Shown here: positions 60,481 to 64,000 of the stretch, in pieces
Position numbering within the stretch: position 1 is the first letter of the stretch
How the letters are laid out: each line of letters starts with the position of its first letter
DNA from: Syntrophales bacterium
GTDB lineage: Bacteria; Desulfobacterota; Syntrophia; Syntrophales; PHBD01
DNA: 64,000 nucleotides
Direction: 5' to 3'
Assembly (NCBI GenBank): GCA_963668175.1
Contig: OY764159.1
Coordinates: forward strand, 3,360,001-3,424,000
Program-made: the position numbers and the translations under genes
Notes under the pieces: model-generated
What the model saw: the letters and a program-made list of their open reading frames with translations, nothing else
Databases searched by the model: none
Told to the model about the DNA's origin: nothing

Positions 60481-62178
60481 ATGGACCAGGGAATTTCAGA
60501 GAAAATAAGAGCAAACGGCATGAGTCCCGAAAATATGTCCGGTTTAAAAGATGACGACTCTTTTTACGGAACTATAACGAATAACATGCAAATCGGGGTA
60601 TACATTGTCCAGAGCAGAAAAATCAAGTTTGCCAACCAGCACATTTCAAAATATTCCTCCTATTCGGAAGCTGAATTGCTCGGTTCCGATATCAGTAAAT
60701 TTATTCATCCCGAAGATAGGCCGGATGTTCGTCTGACGGCTATAGCGATGCTTAAAGGTCATCACAAAGCGCCATATGAATTTAGAATCATCGATAAACA
60801 CGGAAAAGTGAAATGGTTGATGGAATCCGTATCTTCCATAATCTACAAAGGCAAAAGAGCGGTCCTTGGTAATACAATGGAAGTTACAGAGGTTAAAGAG
60901 GCGAGATACAAATTGCAGCAGCAAAAGAGCCTCGAAGCAACGATCCTTAAATCGGTGCCGCATGCTTTATTCGGAGTCGAAAACAGGCAGATATTTTTTG
61001 CCAATGAATCGATGGAAAGGATGTTCGGTTGGAACCAGGATGAATTGATTGGAAAAAGTACAAGAATCTTATTCCGGTCCGATACGGAATGGCTCGATTA
61101 CGGGAGGCTTCTGTATTCCGCATTGGAAAAGCAGGACTGCTACATATTCGAGTGGCAGATGCCGTTTGTACGCAAGGACGGAAAAGAGATGATTTGCCGC
61201 ATGAGCGTCGCCAGGATCGGGGAAAGATTGAGCGAAAATAAGAGAATTGTGGCGACGTTTGAAGATATCACGGAAATCAAGAGAGCTGAACAGGCGCTAC
61301 GGGATTCTCAGCAGCGCTTGGCCGAAATTATCGAGTTCCTGCCGGACGCCACTTTCGCAATCAATGTGGAAGGAAGACTGATCGCCTGGAATCGGGCTGC
61401 CGAAGACCTTACGGGAGTTAAAGCTCAAGATGTACTCGGAAAGGGTAATTATGAATACTCGCTGCCGTTCTGGAAACAGAGAAGACCCATGGCGATTAAT
61501 TTGGTCATGGAGTCGAATGAAAAATATGAAAACGTCTATTCCATGGTGCGAAGATCGGAGAACCTTTTAATCGTCGAGGCAGAAATTCCCCACTTCGGCA
61601 GGATGAGCGCGAATGCCTATCTTTGGTGCAAAGCGAGCCCGCTCTACGACAGCAACGGCGTCGTCACGGGCGCAATTGAGGTGATTCGGGACATTACTGA
61701 CAGGAAAATATCCGAAGATGCATTGAAAAAAAGAGAGCAGGACCTAGCGATTAAATCGCATGAACTGGAAGAGCTCAATACGGCATTGAAAGTGCTTTTG
61801 AAAAGGGGAGACGAAGACAAGAGAGAGATTGAGAACAGTATTTTGAAGAATGTCAGGGAACTCGTTCTTCCCTATATCGAAGAGCTGAAGGACAGAAAAC
61901 TGGACAATATCAGTACCGTGAATCTCTCCATCCTGGAATCGAATCTGAGAAATATCGTTTCGCCTTTCGGCCATAAGTTGTCCGCCAAATTTGCCGATCT
62001 CACCAATAGAGAAGTGAAGGTTGCCAACTTAATAAAAGAGGGAAAATCATCGAAGGAAATGGCGCAAATGCTTAATATCACCGAAAGTGCCATCAATATT
62101 TACCGATATCGGTTAAGGAAAAAGCTCGGCCTGAAAAGAACGGATAATCTTAAATTATTTCTCTCCTCAATCGACTGA
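60481..62178 (+). CDS. Multi-PAS domain protein with C-terminal LuxR-type HTH
   Basis: Three PAS/PAC units; LT.RE..VA.LI..G.SSKE.A. Confidence 0.88.
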   Translation: MDQGISEKIRANGMSPENMSGLKDDDSFYGTITNNMQIGVYIVQSRKIKFANQHISKYSSYSEAELLGSDISKFIHPEDRPDVRLTAIAMLKGHHKAPYEFRIIDKHGKVKWLMESVSSIIYKGKRAVLGNTMEVTEVKEARYKLQQQKSLEATILKSVPHALFGVENRQIFFANESMERMFGWNQDELIGKSTRILFRSDTEWLDYGRLLYSALEKQDCYIFEWQMPFVRKDGKEMICRMSVARIGERLSENKRIVATFEDITEIKRAEQALRDSQQRLAEIIEFLPDATFAINVEGRLIAWNRAAEDLTGVKAQDVLGKGNYEYSLPFWKQRRPMAINLVMESNEKYENVYSMVRRSENLLIVEAEIPHFGRMSANAYLWCKASPLYDSNGVVTGAIEVIRDITDRKISEDALKKREQDLAIKSHELEELNTALKVLLKRGDEDKREIENSILKNVRELVLPYIEELKDRKLDNISTVNLSILESNLRNIVSPFGHKLSAKFADLTNREVKVANLIKEGKSSKEMAQMLNITESAINIYRYRLRKKLGLKRTDNLKLFLSSID

Positions 62179-62391
62179 TCTTTTGGTAAACAGAGTTTCT
62201 TGACACAGGTGTAAAGACTGTCGGAAGTTACGACTTTCTTCCTGTAAGCTGTGCTTTACACGCCCTGCCGAAGGGTGAATCTTTTTAAGCGTAATCCACA
62301 AAAAACACCCCGGCATGGAAAACGATTTTCCGCGTATTACGACGATTGGTCTAGATATTGTTAGGCAGCACACATAAATAAGGGGGAAAGC

Positions 62392-62742
62392 ATGTCGGAA
62401 GAACGTTTTGCACACACGCCAGAGCCGCCTTATTACTCAGTAATCTTTGCTTCACAGCGGACGGATAAGGAGAATGGCTACGTTGAGATGGCTAACATGC
62501 TCGTTCAGCTTGCCAAAGAACAACCAGGCTTTCTTGGGGTTGAATTCGCACGCGATGCATCCGGCTTCGGCATCACTGTCTCATATTGGAAGAACCTCGA
62601 TTCAATTTCCCAGTGGAAGGTACAAGCCAACCATGCTCAAGCGCAGAGGCTCGGCAAGTGCGACTGGTATCAAGGCTTTGAGTTGCGCATTGCCAAAGTC
62701 GAGCGTGCCTACAACTTCCGGGTCGAGGCAAGTAATGCATAG
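62392..62742 (+). CDS. Antibiotic biosynthesis monooxygenase-like protein carried as an integron cassette
   Basis: PPYY.VIF.S, QPGFLG, ITVSYW, H..AQ..G...WY. Confidence 0.88.
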   Translation: MSEERFAHTPEPPYYSVIFASQRTDKENGYVEMANMLVQLAKEQPGFLGVEFARDASGFGITVSYWKNLDSISQWKVQANHAQAQRLGKCDWYQGFELRIAKVERAYNFRVEASNA

Positions 62743-62762
62743 CAGCGTTCACAAGCCTCGTT

Positions 62763-62831
62763 GCCTAACTGGACGTTCAACCCGGACATCACATGCTGCG
62801 CACGTTGCGCCAGCTAACTAAGGCGTTATGC
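62763..62831 (+). other. Integron attC site
   Basis: GCCTAAC(62763)...GTTCAA...CTAAC...GTTATGC(62825); complementary GTTAGGC at cassette start 62360. Confidence 0.75.
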
Positions 62832-62965
62832 TCTATTTCAATCGAAAACAATCAATCGCTGATCAAAAATAAAAATATCTTAATCCTTATAGGTGTTCTC
62901 AATGACCTTAACCAAGCTTAGTTGGACACGGTATATCAAGTCAAGTATAGGTCAGGACAACGGAT

Positions 62966-64000
62966 CTACAGAAAAGAAAAACTATAGGATTGCAGGCCTT
63001 CGTCCGCCATCAGCGAATGGGGGGGCGCGGCTTTTTCCATGACCTTGATCATGGCTCTGTTTGTGTTCAGTATGGTCGCGTTGAAACCCTCGATTCCGTC
63101 TTTTTCGGCAATCTCCCTAAGCATGCGGATCATGAAGGATGCGATGCCGATTCCCCGGTATTTCTCGTCCACGATGAACGATACATCCGCAAAGATGCCG
63201 CGCCCGAGACGTACGTATCGTCCTTCGGCGACGATCTTTTCAAATCCCCTCTCTGCTATTATCCCGACTATGGACATAGTTTGTCGGTAATCGACATTGG
63301 TGTATTCCTGCATTCTCGAATGCGGCATAGCCTGCACCTGGCTGAAATACCTGTAAAAAACCCCTTGATCGGAAAACCGGTAAAAAAGACGCCTCATGCC
63401 GTCCTCGTCGGATGGTTTTATCGGGCGGAAGTGAACGGTGACATGGTCATCGAATATTTGCGATCGCGAGACATCGTATCGATACGCCCGCCCGGCATCC
63501 GAACGGTAGATCTGCGTGGGGTAGAGCAGTTTCAGGTTTTTCGCTACACCGATCAAGTGATCGCGATCGTTGGGATGCGCGATATCGATAAGGGCGAGCG
63601 TCCTTTCCCGAAGCGATCTTCCGCCGAGCCGTGCTATGCCGTATTCCGTCACGACGATGTCGACTAGTTCCGTTGAAAACTGGTTCGTGAATTTATCGAC
63701 CGAAGACAATATGTTCGCTTCACCGCTGCGATCGCGGCTGGGAAGAGCGAAAATATTGTATCCGCCGCTCGATTGCGCCGCGCCGTCGAGAAATTCGTAG
63801 TAATCGCTCGGTCCGGCGCTGAGGCTCTTTCTGCTCGCAGGAAGGGCAACGGCTCCGGTGAGATCGACTTTATAAGCCGGTATGATAACCACACACCGGT
63901 CATTCTGCGAAACGGTCTTCGGGTTTACGACCGTATCGATTTTCCGAAATTCCACAAGGCGATTGCCGTTCAACCATCGCATCAATTCGGGCGTTCCCTG
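62966..64000 (-). CDS. Acetyl-CoA hydrolase/transferase C-terminus fused to GNAT acetyltransferase, 5'-truncated by the window
   Basis: VVTEYGIA.L.GRSLRER..ALI.IAHP; RPIKPSDE, YRG.GIAS. Confidence 0.85.
   Translation of the reverse strand, partial: QGTPELMRWLNGNRLVEFRKIDTVVNPKTVSQNDRCVVIIPAYKVDLTGAVALPASRKSLSAGPSDYYEFLDGAAQSSGGYNIFALPSRDRSGEANILSSVDKFTNQFSTELVDIVVTEYGIARLGGRSLRERTLALIDIAHPNDRDHLIGVAKNLKLLYPTQIYRSDAGRAYRYDVSRSQIFDDHVTVHFRPIKPSDEDGMRRLFYRFSDQGVFYRYFSQVQAMPHSRMQEYTNVDYRQTMSIVGIIAERGFEKIVAEGRYVRLGRGIFADVSFIVDEKYRGIGIASFMIRMLREIAEKDGIEGFNATILNTNRAMIKVMEKAAPPHSLMADEGLQSYSFSFL

Overview
High-GC bacterial chromosome segment, probably from an anaerobic Syntrophales/Desulfobacterota-like organism (inferred from gene content and the tmRNA tag). 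Positions 1-27.5 kb look like core genome: TetR/flavoprotein, OmpA, rpmB, recJ, a B12 radical SAM/DarB-type KAS III/STAS trio, a Liv-type ABC plus acyl-CoA ligase operon preceded by an unannotated Phe-rich attenuator leader peptide, ttcA-like, smpB and ssrA (27180-27534). Immediately after ssrA a genomic island begins with a tyrosine integrase and apparently runs past the right edge. Divergent from the integrase lie helically phased AT-rich repeats, a good sigma70-like promoter and about 2 kb of GC-rich DNA with no credible ORF. That stretch is packed with hairpins and about 15 same-orientation copies of CTCAGGTCCGAC and is the best candidate for an undescribed system (a large structured ncRNA or ssDNA element). 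Island cargo includes a UxxC selenoprotein missed by the ORF track behind a truncated cobalamin-riboswitch-like leader, an ECF/Spy/ABC/ChrA module, a five-gene operon with three fluoride riboswitch aptamers (dynamin-like GTPase, enolase, antiporter, USP, COG1689-like; no Fluc/CLC-F), an aldehyde-detox/redox cluster and an orphan integron cassette. All calls were made by eye; no database searches were run.
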